From: Octopus vulgaris
Taxonomy: Eukaryota
DNA length: 64,000 nt
Reading direction: 5' to 3'
Assembly (NCBI GenBank): GCA_951406725.2
Contig: OX597819.1
Location: 57,536,001-57,600,000 of the forward strand
Part shown: in pieces, positions 13,610-29,689 of the stretch
Layout: each line of letters begins with the position of its first letter
Position numbering within the stretch: position 1 is the first letter of the stretch
The notes under the pieces: generated by a model
Told to the model about the DNA's origin: nothing
Databases searched by the model: none
What the model saw: the letters and a program-made list of their open reading frames with translations, nothing else
Position numbers and translations under genes: made by a program

Positions 13610-13790
13610 GGAGGTAAAAATTAAAAACCAAGGCAGAACGAGTATCTCTGGTCATTTGAAATAATCTAATTAGGGTAAGGTGAATTTGAAACCTTACAGC
13701 TGCTTCTGGGATATCCCAAGTGGTTGGTTAGCATATCTGTGTACTGTCATCAGATACAAGTTATGAATATTCTAGACATGGAAAATTTAC
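13610..13790 (-). mobile_element. PLE-type tail repeat with degenerate hammerhead motif
   Basis: Reverse complement matches 17335-17525. Minus strand reads CTGATGA...GAAGC-agct-GTA (one core substitution). Confidence 0.6.
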
Positions 13791-13904
13791 AATTTACAGT
13801 GAATAAAATAGTTCATAAGGAATAAAATAGAATAAAGTAGTAAAATTGAAGAATAAAGAGTAAATGTTGTCGGAAGAATATAGGTGTGTGAATAATGTTA
13901 ACAA

Positions 13905-16075
13905 CTCATCGTTTTCCAGAGGTCTTAAGCCGAGCGTCTTCAGCCTTTTTTCATAAGACAAATGCTTGAGACCAAGAACCATGCGGGTAGCCAGCTTCTG
14001 GACTCTTTCGAGATGATGTATGTCTTTGAAGAGATAAGGAGAAGAGGCTTGAATCCCGTACTCCAATATGGGTCTCACCAGCGTGACATAGAGCGGTAGG
14101 AATATGGCTGCTGTGAACATTCCGAATGACCGTCGAATCAAAAACAGAACCCCGCGTGCTTTGTTGGCAGCATGGACGCATTGGGCAGAAGGCGAAAAGG
14201 AAGAATCCACCAAGATACCCAGGTCCTTTACCTGGTCGGTCCTCTCCAGCACTAGACGACCCGGCTCGAAATCAACTTGAGTTGCAGGAGAAGAGCCAAC
14301 AGGCAGATGACAGCACTTTGACACGTTCAGACACAGGTCTCATTCGTTAGACCTTCTCCAAACTTGGTGGTTTCCGAGTCCTTTACTGCTGGAGTCAGCC
14401 AAGTCTCGGTGATAGCTATCACATCTGGGGAATCACGCATGGCCAGTGTAAATAATTCGCTGAACTTTGGAAATAAGGAGCACGAGTTGGTATAGACGAT
14501 GCTGAGCTGTGAAGTTTGAGGGGCGGGAATTAGGGAACAAGCAGAATAAGGGGTATCAGAGATAGCATTGTTGTCGGGGGTATCTACTTTACTTCGATTT
14601 GCCGTCGATTCCCTTTCCCTGTCAGCACTACAGCATGCGACCAGAGGTAGGACTTGATTATTTGTCCATCTTGGATGCGTAAACCCTTCTCTTCCATCTG
14701 TTTTCTCATCTTCAATTCGGATATTAGGTTTCTCCGGCGAATTCTCTCTCTCAGTGAGTATTCCTCACGAAAACCCATATTGGGGTCCTCCTAGGCATGC
14801 TTCTGAGCTCTGTTCAGAAAGGTTGAAGCCTCTTGATCGGAAGAAAAGATTACTCTTATTGGGCGTGGTATAGTGTCTGAGGTTGAGTTCACTTGGAATC
14901 TTCCTAGCCTAGCGACTTTATGGATACTGACATTTTCGTTGACAGAGAACAATTCTCCAACTAAAACGGAAACAATATTTATGTCATCTTTTAGGCGGTT
15001 TATGCCTGTATCACAGGTGGATTCAGCTTTACCATAAATGATTGCTGATCTTGAGTGGGCAAAATGCTCTTTCTGTTCTCTACTATGAGCTGCAGCATTC
15101 GATTCTTCATCGGATAATTTAGAAATGGTGGTTTCATAGCCATCAAACTTATGTAGGCTTTTGAAGTCGATCAGAATGGGTCTAGTGGTTATAACTTTCC
15201 AGCCTGGTTTGGAACTGCACTGCCTCTTCTTCGGTTTGGAGAAGCATCACTCCCCAGATGAACTCACATCAAGATATTTCAGAATTGGTTGAGCAATGGC
15301 ATTGATGGGAATGACAAATGAGGGAGAATCCAAACAGATTTTATCTTGAGCAGGTTTCGCAGCTAAATCTACCCCACTAGAGTTTTGACTACGTTTCTTC
15401 TTTTTAGGAGAGCAACTGTCTTCAGGTGGGTTTGAGTTTACGATCCTCAATTCAGGTTGGGGAACCTCCGGGACCGAAATGGCAGATGAGGAAGAATACG
15501 CACATATATGATCATGTGTGGAAACGTCCGCCGGTTCCTTCGCCTTTTTTGACCGCTTCGATTTTGATCCCTTCAGTTTGGACGTCTATAGGGAAGAAAT
15601 CAAAGGTGGCTCTGCGTCAATAGGAGACTTCGAATGGGATTCCGCCTGTTTATTCAGTAAATGAGCAACAACAGACTTTAGGTGCTCGACTTCTTGTTTG
15701 AGCAACAGCAACTGTCCGTTGAGATGTCTGTTGATAGGACCATCATCCTGATGAGAAGTTCTGATTTCAGGCCCCCCATGTGAAAGACTGATATCACCGA
15801 TCGCCTCACCAACCGAATTCTCCAAAATAGGATCAGCAGAGCGAGCCCTTTTCGCAGATCTCAGTTTCGATTTGTAGGTAGCTGACATGATAGATGGTTG
15901 ACAAAAGCAATCTTCTATATTTGCCAGGGGCTCTAGGACAAATCTGAGTTAAAAGCAGGAGAAAGTTTGAGAAAATTTGGGCTGAACCGAATCACAAACC
16001 AAGACTGAAAGCAGACGGTGAAACGAGTCAGGAACCTTTCCTAGTTATCTGAAGTAGCTTTAGGATAAGGAATAG
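13905..16075 (-). mobile_element. CR1-type LINE, internally deleted and 3' truncated
   Basis: ORF1 remnants (15888-14584; SAIIYG, RLGR..PRPIRV, ERIRRRNLISELKMRK). AP-endonuclease start (YTN..SL; DVIAITETWL) is joined at ~14370 to the RT C-terminus (KDLGILVD, KARGVLFLIRRSF, LYVTLVRPILEY, LERVQKLATRMV, SYEKRL). Confidence 0.88.
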
Positions 16076-17365
16076 TAGGTCCAACTTTAGAATATTGATA
16101 TGCATGTAAAATGCTCCACACGGTTAAATATCATTTGTTGTGCCATTTAGTACTTCAATATTTGCGTCTGTATATTTTTGTATATGTGTGAATAAATGTG
16201 TTTATATGCGTGAAGGATCATGTTTTTATCTTTCGTTAATTTAATTTAATTTTTTCTCACGTTTTTCCCTTTTAAAATATGTTTTTAAAGTAATTTATAC
16301 GCTGGAGGGAGGGATGAATGTTTGTTTTTACTGTAAATTCTCTTTTCTCCCAACAAAGAAAAAAGAAAGGGATTTTTCATTGGTGCCACTGGTATAATTC
16401 AGACACGGGGAAAACATCTCGATGTCACCGTCAACTTGTATGTCTCTAACTGAAGCAGTAGTTTCTAATTGAAGCAGTAGTAGTAGTAGTAATTTCTGAT
16501 AGCAGCAGTAGCTGTAGCAGCAACTACTACTTTTTATAAAGTGGGATGAAGTCCGATCGGTCAAAAAAAGTTCAAATGTCTACTATGTTGTTGATGGAAT
16601 TTGCGAACAGTGACCTTGACTTTGAGAAAAATCAGGGGGGGGCGACTATGAACAGTATTTGTGAATAGAGTCGTGTACGATCAGAGAGAATCTATAATTA
16701 GTATCATTTTTTTTCTTATTATTCTCAACGTGTTTATTTCTGTTCTTGTTGTATTGCATTTGATAATCGCTTCACTATCTATTCTCAAGCTGAAACAGCT
16801 GTTGCTGTATATAATATAGTGTCCAATATTCGTGACTTGGGGTTAAGGATGTCTCACCTATTTAATAGTTGAGGAGAGTAAAAGATGAGTTCATATAACA
16901 CAACAATGTATTATCTTTTCGTTTCCAGTCAAGAATTTTTACAACTACATGGAGTTATAATAATTCGGTCGGTACTTCCATGAAGGTCTTATGAATGATG
17001 TATCGATATTGTAAATGAGCATATAGAGCGAGAAAGTATGGATATAAATGAGTTTTTTGAGTGGGTGTATGAGAGAGATTGAGAGGATGAGAAAGAGAGA
17101 AAGGAAGGATTAGAAAACATGAGAGTGGTAAAAGAGAAAAATAAGAATAAAATAAAAAATTTTAAAATAACAAAAATATAAATAAAAATAATAATAATGA
17201 AAATAATAAAAGAAAAGATGAAGTAATGGTAGATATATCCTATATGGCTTTTGTAAGTGAGAATGTACGGGAGAGGAGAAAGAGAATAAAATAAAATAAG
17301 ATAGAGGTCAAAGGGGCAAGTATGTGGTAAAAGATAAGTTTTTCCCATCTAAAATATTCATACCT

Positions 17366-17443
17366 TGTCTCTGATGACGCAATACCCAGTGCACAGATAT
17401 GCTAACATATCACTTGGGTTATCTCAGAAACACCTGTAACACA
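17366..17443 (+). ncRNA. Hammerhead ribozyme-like motif (type I, PLE-associated)
   Basis: tgtct-CTGATGA(17371)-long stem II region (cccag..ttggg)-GAAAC(17427)-acct-GTA-acaca. Stems carry mismatches. Confidence 0.55.
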
Positions 17444-17680
17444 TCAAATGAACCTTACTCTAATTAAATTATTCTACAGGACTTGCGATACTCGTTCTGC
17501 CTTGGTTTAAATTTGTCCTCTAATATTATATGTACATGCTTTAACGGAACCGTAACACGGATCCAGATTTACCTGTGATCTTTGAAGCTAATGGTCGATC
17601 AACTATAGCACTTACCCAGCATACCTATTCGTTCAGATCACGAGTTAGCTAAAACCCTTATATTTTCTCTCTTTCTTTCT

Positions 17681-17719
<39 letters not shown>

Positions 17720-17725
17720 TATTAA

Positions 17726-17770
<45 letters not shown>

Positions 17771-17781
17771 TATTATTATTA

Positions 17782-17983
17782 TGGCTGCCCCCTCGTTATC
17801 GAGTATGGCCATTGCATGAAGCTTAACTGTTACTGGTGCTGTGATCGAATGTGACTTTTTAGCCCAGCAAAAGATCTACAATGTCTTGTACAGAATTGGC
17901 ATCAAAACCTTTACCGGTAATAGCCGGCTGTAGTTGTAACTGGGCTTCATGTACCTTTGCATGTCGCTTAAGTCCTCCTGCCG

Positions 17984-17987
<4 letters not shown>
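17782..17987 (-). mobile_element. RTE-clade LINE 3' end
   Basis: Minus strand encodes C-terminal zinc-finger-like [12 protein letters not shown]...GLKSHIRS, then aatggccatactcgataacgaggggcagcca and a (TAA)n tail. Confidence 0.65.
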
Positions 17988-18069
<82 letters not shown>

Positions 18070-18100
18070 TACATACTTATATTATGTATATATATATATT

Positions 18101-18141
<41 letters not shown>

Positions 18142-18144
18142 GTG

Positions 18145-18175
<31 letters not shown>

Positions 18176-18225
18176 ATATATATTTACTATATATATGTGT
18201 ATATATATATATATATATTTACTAT
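17988..18225. repeat. (TA)n microsatellite, degenerate
   Basis: Dinucleotide repeat; a second tract lies at 18437-18542. Confidence 0.95.
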
Positions 18226-18431
18226 ATTTATCCTACATTATATCGGCACAGCTCGTTGCAAACTCCAAATACTTCTATTACCAGTTGGTGTCATTAGGCT
18301 GTAAACGAGATAATAAAATAGGACCTGTTATATGCATATCCATGTGTACGTTTCCTGTAGACTAACTTAACGGGTGTCGTCTTCTAAGAGTTATACGGTC
18401 TTGTCCATGTTGTATTTTTCTACATACCTTA

Positions 18432-18553
<122 letters not shown>

Positions 18554-18634
18554 GATGGATATTAGATAGTTACTTATTAAAGAAAAGCGTTTATTTAAGT
18601 AAATACAATGTTTTGTTAAGACAAAATAATTGAT

Positions 18635-21600
18635 GTTTGTCTCCTTACATATTAAAGCAAGCGTAATTTTCAATTGGCCATCTAATATTTAAATGAACGC
18701 CGATATATATTCATTAATATTTTACGTTCTAAACTCCACCTTACATTTCATCTTTTCGGGAGAGAATCAGCGCAAAAATTGCCACTATTCAACCAAATTT
18801 GAATCAACACCGTTCAATAAGAAGTTTAAAGCTATTCATTATGTATACAATTGTCGGTAATTTACCCCTGTTGTTATATATCAGGTCATGAAATTAGTTT
18901 GAATATGCTACAAGTATTGAAATGCAATTCTCTGTAAGTAAAATTATTATACAATTCTCAGTTCAATACTAACAACGAAGAAACATACATGCATTTCAAT
19001 GCATTTATACGTAACATAGTGTAAACTACATCTCTCGAACCTCGGCTCTCTTGAATCAATCACTGACTTTTCTATTTATCCAGGAAAATAAAAACTCACA
19101 CTCCTGTCGGATATTTTGTTAGATTTAACGTTCGATCACTCAATGTTGTATTCGATTTCAGAGTAATAATGAACAGAATATGATTTTTCTTTCGTGTGAT
19201 TATTATCCTTAGTATAAGCAACATTTGTGACAAAGAGAATCACCCACTTTCTAAAAAAAGACTTACATTCCATGTTATTTTCTTTTCTCAGTCTGAGACA
19301 CGTCTACGAAGAATCTTAATTTCATATAACATTTGTAACCGATAAATATTTTGGTACACTATTTCTGATTCATTATTAAGAAATACATTTTTTAATGTAA
19401 GAGATTTGAACTCAACGATTTATTCGTTATCTGTAAAACATAAACTGGCTCTAAATATTTAAAACTGCACTGCAAATATTTATCATGACACTTATTAGTT
19501 GCATAACGACACCTGTTCATCAACAGTGCGTTTTAGCTGTGATAGTAAATAATGTTACAACCCAATGGTTTCTGATAACGTGTTCTGTCTCAAGCAAACA
19601 CATTTGTTTCCTTTTGCGATAACACCGGGAAACAAAAGTTTTCGAGTTAGAATAATTAAAAAGTTGTAGTTTGCTCTGACATGGAATTCTATCACGTATT
19701 AACATCTTAATATTAATCACTTCAATCCGAGTGAATAGTTTACCCAATAGTTTAAATTTCGGTAGATTAATATCTCGAAAATATTGCTTTTGATTATTAA
19801 AATTGCATTTCACGTTTAGATACATAATGATCAGATCATCGCAGTATATGTGTACTTCGACAAAGACAGAGTCACATCTCCCCATGCATAAAATATTTAT
19901 TTTTTGTCAACTCATAATTTCGTATAACGTGTACAGTGATAAGTCATACAATACCAGTTTAACAATATCACAATATTAGCTGACATCTTAAGCCAGAAAG
20001 GTTAGCTTTACTATGAAATTCTTATCGTCTAAGATTTGATAACCGCTTCATTATCTATTCAGAAGCTAGAACAGCTGAAACTACATATAGTCTCCAGTAT
20101 TCATGAGTGAGGATTAAGGAAGTCACATCAATTTAAGAACAGAGATTAGTGAAAGATACAGTTGGTGGAGTTCTGTTGACTAACGTTGAATTGTCTTCTA
20201 TTCATTAAGAAATATTTCTGTGTTCATATAACACAGAAATCTATTTTAGTTAAAAGCCAATCGAGAATCGTTGAAGCTAGTTATAGAAATATACATACAA
20301 GCTCCAGACTAACTATGAATTATTAAGCATTAAGTGAATGAGAGATAAAACTTGGATACGATACCAGCTCATCCTCAGATAAAAGCCAACATTATGTGTT
20401 GTCCATGACTAGCTGAAAAAGAGGCATATACAAATCAATGCTATCATGATAAGCTCAACAGAAATTAAAGACGATATTTTAACTGACGAATATCGGGGAA
20501 TAGATTCAAATGCATTACACTTGTAGATATGGCAGATATTTACGGCAGATCTGTTAAAAATAGTCTCCCTTCATTTTTTCCTAATATTTTGTGAACAAAG
20601 GTTAGTTGTCAGACGAAGCAAAGGAGGTTCTCATTAATGGAAACTGGAATTTTCTCTGCCTTCTAAATTTTCAGTGTAATACAATGTTTATTTCAACAAG
20701 GATAAACATATATCAGATAGGTCGTGTCGAATATTTCCCTGACTTTCGACGACAAAAATCGAGGTATACACTTGTTGTTATTTACTTATATGTACACATT
20801 CCTTTCTGAAAATCAGATGCAAGCCACCGGCATGCAAATTCAGAGTTGCATCATTTGTATTTCATTTGCTAAATTTGTATTATCCCTTTGATGAACGTTA
20901 ACATCATAAATTGTAATTTTCTGCACTCAATAAACTGATACTTTATCCCTATTCAAAAGAAACCTAAAATTGCATATTGTGTAACTCATACATTTTTGTA
21001 TATTAATCCATAAAAGTTCCCGTGTATTAAGCACATGATGAATTTACATTTGATCATATCGCTATAATGTGCAGTCCTTGGTGGTTGCTCGTGGATAGCT
21101 GTATAGACACTACTGCTTACGAATGAGTGTATTCGACATCAAATTGCGCTCACACCCGGATGATCGTAAACAGGTAACATGTGGAATGTCCAAAGAATGT
21201 TATAAAAGCAATGAGTATTGGTTAAGCTCTGGAGTGAATATGGATATAAGGAAACCGTTGTCGAATGATATTTGTTAGGTTTGAATCGACAAAATTCATG
21301 TATTTTGTATTCTCATAATAAATACGGTAGACAAACAAACCAGATTTTAGTAATCCTTCTTCAAAGTATCAATGCAATGTATTTTTTAATTAAGAATATC
21401 ACTCCTTTCGAAGTTATACTCTTTGTTTCTCTCCCCCCACATTAAAGCAAGAGTAATTTACAATTGGCCAGCTAATATTTAAATAAGCGAATATATATTC
21501 ATTACAATATTTCATTTCACTATTTCACGTTCTGTGCCAAACTTTCATTTCATTTTTTCGGGAGAGAGTTAACGCCATAATTACCATTGCAAAGCCAACG

Positions 21601-21830
21601 TTGAATCCAACTTCGTACAATACAAAATCGATATCCAGAATAAAAATTTATGAAAATTTAGACGTATTTATTATGTATTCAATACTTGATATTTTACCCC
21701 TGTTGTTTTATACCAGCTCATGAGCTTGATGAATTATGCTACAAGTATTGCGATGGAATCCTCTGTATGGAATAAATTATGCAAATCTCTGTTCAATACT
21801 AGAAACCAACAAACATGCAAATATTTCAAC
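18635..21830. repeat. Copy 2 and start of copy 3 of the tandem non-coding unit (blocks C, D, A, then B, C)
   Basis: 18635-18960 resembles 21425-21830; 19740-20320 resembles 33025-33650; 20850-21245 resembles 11201-11600. Confidence 0.8.
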
Positions 21831-21849
21831 GTATTCCTATGTGACACAC

Positions 21850-22179
21850 CGAAGAACACATCGATAAGTGGCGAAGCAATTAGCTGACCCCTAATTATAA
21901 CCATATATGGAAAAAAAGTCAAGGTAGAAAACGCTAAACTAATTTTATAAGAAATATTTCAGTACCGGTTTCAGTCATTGAGACTTTTTAAACTGTAAGC
22001 ATGGAAAACAATTAGAAAAGTTTTTAAAAAGAATATTTGCATAGTATTCAAATACATGTGGCATTTTCCTTGTTTCTGCCTGTTTCTCTGTCTCTCTTGT
22101 TTACTCTCGTGGGTTCGAGGTCGTTGTAAACTCTTGACAGAGAAGAAGAAGAAGAAAAAGAAGGAGGAGGGGGAGGAGG

Positions 22180-22210
<31 letters not shown>

Positions 22211-23750
22211 GAAGAAAAAGAAGAAGAAGAAGAAAAAGAAGAAGAAGAAGAAGAAGAAGAAGGAGGAGGAGAAGAAGAAGAATGCGTCAGTGCCATGATA
22301 GTAGTAGAATGTTAAATGGTCAAGTGCCCTGAAAATGACTTCTTGTGGATGGTAGGAGTGATAGAATTCTTGAGACATCTCTTGAATGTTTTGTTTATAA
22401 AATGTGCGTAGGTGTTATTCTAAAGAGCAATAATGGTAAAATTAGGAAGGAGGTGGCGGTGAGGAAGAAGACGAAGAAGAAGGAGAAAGAGAAGGGAGAA
22501 TAAGAAGGAATGCAGGTGGTATGATAGTAGTAGGATGTTAAATGGTCAAGTGACGTAAAAGTGACTCATTATGGATTATAGCAGTGAATGGGATTATTTT
22601 TTTAATGAATACTTGGAAATCTCTTGAGTGTATCATTTTTAATATTTTTGTGTGTGTATGTGTTATTCTAAGGCCGTGGTGTAGATGCCGTTTGTTGTAG
22701 ATGCCTTCAAAATGGGTCTGTATTTTTTAATAAAGAGAGTCTCTTCACAAACACGTTGGCTACAGGTTGTATCATCCCTGAATTGGTAGAGGGGACAAAC
22801 TCTGAAGCTTCGATTTTTGTTATTGGCACAAATGTCGATGTGTTGGCTGAATGCTATTTTTCTGTTTTGGGGAATTTTAATATGGGATCTGTGCAGATGC
22901 ATCTTTTTACCTAGAGTGATTTTTGTTTGGCCTATGTATTGCTCTTGACACCCAGAGCAGATTATTGCGTATATCCGTGGGCTTATAGTATATATCTGTT
23001 TCTATTACGTTGGTAGATTTCTTAATGAAGATGTCAAGGAAGGGAAGTTGTTCATGGCTATTTTTCATCGTGAATTGAATGTTTACGTCAAGTCCATTTA
23101 TAATTGCTTGGAATTTCTATCACGAATTCCTTTTTGATACGATGTGGGAGTTTGTTGGCGTAATTCTCTAGGCATAATTGAATTGCCTCTATTCCTAGGT
23201 TATGGGGAATATTGAATAGAGGTTGACTACACCGAAGGATACTAGTAGGGTTTTTTTGTTTATTGTTTCAGGAAGGTGATTGAGCATATCCAGGTCGTCT
23301 CTTATACATCTTTTGACATACTTGAGGAATGGTTTTAAGAGGGTATCTAAAAAGTTACTGAGGTGGTGAACCTCGCATGCTGGATCTGCTATTATAGGTC
23401 TCAATTTGAGGTCATTAGGAGTAGGGACTTTAATTATCATGTCTGTGGCTACCTTGCATGCGTTACTTATTTTCTTACTTTTCTGTATCTTGGGAATATC
23501 GTAGAATTGACTGGTTTTACTTTTGAAATTGATCATATAGTCATATTCTTTGTTGTGAGACCTTCTCTGTATCGGTTTAACATGGATTTTATGTCTCTCG
23601 TTATTTTCTGCTGACTGTAGTGTTGGGCCTCTTCATAATGTGTTGTGACTTTCAATATGGACAGTACTAGAGTCACATAGAATAACGTGTCCTTTAAGAC
23701 ATATGTACTCCCGTTATCAGCCTGTTTGATTGTTATTCTCGCATTGGTCT
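21850..23750 (-). mobile_element. Penelope-like element (Neptune-like), deleted and pseudogenised
   Basis: RT motifs ITIKQADNGS, FYDIPKIQKS, KLRPIIA, LLVSF.VVNLYS; thumb ETDIYYKPTD; GIY-YIG IYAIICSGC.EQYIGQT...EETLFIKKYRP. A decayed minimal hammerhead lies downstream on the same strand at 21960-21995. Confidence 0.85.
22141..22282. repeat. (GAA)n/(GGA)n microsatellite
   Basis: Trinucleotide repeat. Confidence 0.95.
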
Positions 23751-23880
23751 CCATAGCCACAGGAGGCACTGCTCAGACCGAGCGCAGCAACCGGGCAATA
23801 AACGGACGGACGTGATACCCATGGTCAGCCATGAACGAAGGTGGTCCTTCATATATATACATATATATACATACATACAT

Positions 23881-23925
<45 letters not shown>

Positions 23926-23983
23926 AGAGAGAGAGAGAGAGATTATATATATTATACATATTAAACATATATATATAATATAC

Positions 23984-24018
<35 letters not shown>

Positions 24019-24081
24019 TGAAATAGAAAGATGAATAATCTTGTTGCAGATTAATCAAATCTTGTTGCAGATTAATCCTAT

Positions 24082-24167
24082 TTCTTCCTGAAGAGAAAGA
24101 CACAATATGGTCTCCTTATTCAATCGGAATTTGGTAAAGTGTGCCTTTCGAAACACGTGTAGAATGC
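24082..24167 (+). ncRNA. Hammerhead ribozyme (type I), canonical core
   Basis: ttc-CTGAAGA(24088-94)-stem II gaaagacaca/tgtgcctttc-GAAAC(24150)-acgt palindromic loop-GTA(24159-61)-gaa. Confidence 0.75.
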
Positions 24168-24221
24168 AATAAAACGATTTCTGTTCAATCTTCGTTCAAC
24201 TCCATTTCTTCAATTCACTAA

Positions 24222-24324
<103 letters not shown>

Positions 24325-24326
24325 CA

Positions 24327-24373
<47 letters not shown>

Positions 24374-24618
24374 GTATATTTTCATTTGTCTAGTTTAATG
24401 CTTTGGTTTTGTGGTGAGTTTTTATTTGAGAACGTACTCTTTGTGGAGAATAGCGATTCGACGTCTATATCTAGCATGTTGACTGTCCATTTTTCGTGTT
24501 CAGTCCTTTAGATTTTGTATGTAAAAATATTTTAATCTTCGGATTCTTTTTAATATGCTGGGCCACTGGTTTTAATTGACTAATATCAATTTCTACCGTT
24601 ATTAAATTTATATTTTTA

Positions 24619-24672
<54 letters not shown>

Positions 24673-24674
<2 letters not shown>

Positions 24675-24977
24675 GGTGGTTGTATACCGTCAACTTAACG
24701 TGACAGTCCCGTATGGGAATAACACCACCGCCGTTTAGCCCTAGGAAGCATCGAACGCTTCCTGTCGGCTTTGACACATTTTTCCCCTGGGTCCTTATGT
24801 TTGTGAAGGGGAGATAAGCACCCCTCCAGCCAAGATTCACACCTGAGGACATGCATGTTTCTGGGGAAAAATATGTCAAAGCCGACAGGAAGCGTTCGAT
24901 GCTTCCTAGGGCTAAACAGCGGTGAAGTAATTCCCTTACGGGCCTGTCACGTTAAGTTGACGGTATACAACCACTCT
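24673..24977. repeat. Fold-back element with ~113-bp inverted arms
   Basis: 24676-24787 is the reverse complement of 24863-24974 with few mismatches, around a ~75-bp spacer. Confidence 0.9.
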
Positions 24978-25040
24978 ATCATTCCACCACCGCTCATGTC
25001 TCTTTGAGACATTTAGAAATTTAATATTTCTGATATATAT

Positions 25041-27776
<2,736 letters not shown>

Positions 27777-27791
27777 ATATATATATATATA

Positions 27792-28002
27792 CAGGGTATC
27801 CCAGAGGTCATGCACCTTTCTAGTTTTCATTAAAAATAATTCACGCAATTCATTTTACTTTTAAAACTGATGGATTTCTTATTGCAGAGGCTGCTCAATT
27901 TGAGCATTCTTTATGATTATTTTCAAAAAGTGTTTTCTGAAATCAATATGGGTGTATTATTTTTATAAAACCAGGGTGATGCGCGACTTCTGGAACAACC
28001 TG
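27792..28002. mobile_element. Tc1/mariner-type MITE
   Basis: Imperfect ~45-bp TIRs cagggtatcccagaggtcatgcacc.. / ..gatgcgcgacttctggaacaacctg in a TA context. Confidence 0.65.
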
Positions 28003-28024
28003 TCTATATACATACGTACATACA

Positions 28025-28109
<85 letters not shown>

Positions 28110-28111
<2 letters not shown>

Positions 28112-28960
28112 TCACACTATTGTAGACCTATGGCTAATCCACTGGTAATCCGTAGTGACGCAGCGATGTCAAGAACTATGAAGATCAACATCCTTGTGGC
28201 AGACTTAATTAGAGAAATGAGTAATGTATCTCCAATATGCCAGCCTCAAGAACGACGAAAGCAGACCCAGCAGTACATATTCCCAATGCAACATTCCGGA
28301 TACACACAGTACGATAGAATCAGAGTGTACAAAGGAGCGACAGCAATATTCGAACGAATTCTAAGAGATGACGAAAATGATATAAGCCCTCTATACCGCA
28401 ACAAGTTGTGGAATAGGTTAGAGAGGGGCACCAACAAAAGAAAAAAAACAATACTTGGTAGGATAACAAGAAGTTTCAAAGTGTAATGTTTGTTGACGCT
28501 ACACCTAAGAACGAATTAAGTAGGCATTTAAGAAAATACTGCGCACAACTGGCCTTAAGATCAAAGTTGTAGAAAAGACATGTAGTACAATCAAATCTGT
28601 ATTAAGTAGATCATATCCATTTGATAGAATCCCGTGTCAAAATAATTGTGCAGTATATTCTGCAAAGCCACATGTGAACTGCAAAACGAAGAGTACTGTA
28701 TAACAGATTAAGTTCCAAGAAGGAGCTTGCGCGACTATCCCAGAGTCGTACATTGGTGAGACTTCTAGGAGCATCAATGACTGGTTCAAAGAACATCTGG
28801 ACAACTACATGCTGTAGACAGTCACAATGGCTCCTTAGGGAGACGTAGATTACACATCTTATCTACACATGCCACTGATGCAATGCTGAGATAAGTCACT
28901 GAAGTATACAAGAATACAAACCCACTCTCAACCGTAAATCCGAATGGGGTAACACCCAGA
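28110..28960 (+). mobile_element. Penelope-like element 3' fragment (Naiad-like)
   Basis: Thumb-like [31 protein letters not shown]...MQHSGY, then Cys-rich linker and GIY-YIG remnant NCKTKSTV..YIGETSRS...KEHL. Confidence 0.65.
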
Positions 28961-29689
28961 TTCCACTCGGGAGTACCCCTCTATAGCCATCCCTTTCTCT
29001 CATTTACATGTGGAAATCTATACATACCTGTTGAGATGCATGATACTGAAATACATATATGTAGTTATATATAACTGTATGAGCGTACATAATTTGATAC
29101 GTATGTACATGTGTGTATGTGTATGTGTGTTTGTACGTGTGAGTATGTGTTGTGTGGGTACGTTTGTGTATGAGTATGTACCTGCATGCACGTATGAGTA
29201 TGTGTGTAGATATATGTATGTATTGTATATGTATGTGTGTAAAAAATAATTTTAAAATAATAAAAAATCATATTTGAATTGTAACCGTTATCCTTGAAAA
29301 TAGTGTCATATATATGTATAGATGCATAAGCGTATATGTGTGTATACTTTAAGATTATACGTATATTTGAGAGTGTGTGTAATTGTCTATATGATTGTGT
29401 GTACTAGTATATATGAATAAGTAAGGTTATATGTGCATATGTGTATCTAAGATGTTTTATCCATTCACCGTCAGACGGCAGTGAGAGGGACAAACGCACA
29501 CACACACACACACGTTTATGTGTGTGTCTATATATATGTGTGTGTATATATACAACCTTCAACAAAGTAACAGTCATGTATGCAACTTGAACAGACACAT
29601 GTAAGTCCATAAACATACGTTCACATGTACACATACATAGACACGTCAACACAACTAAATACTCACATACATATATAAGTATATACGTA

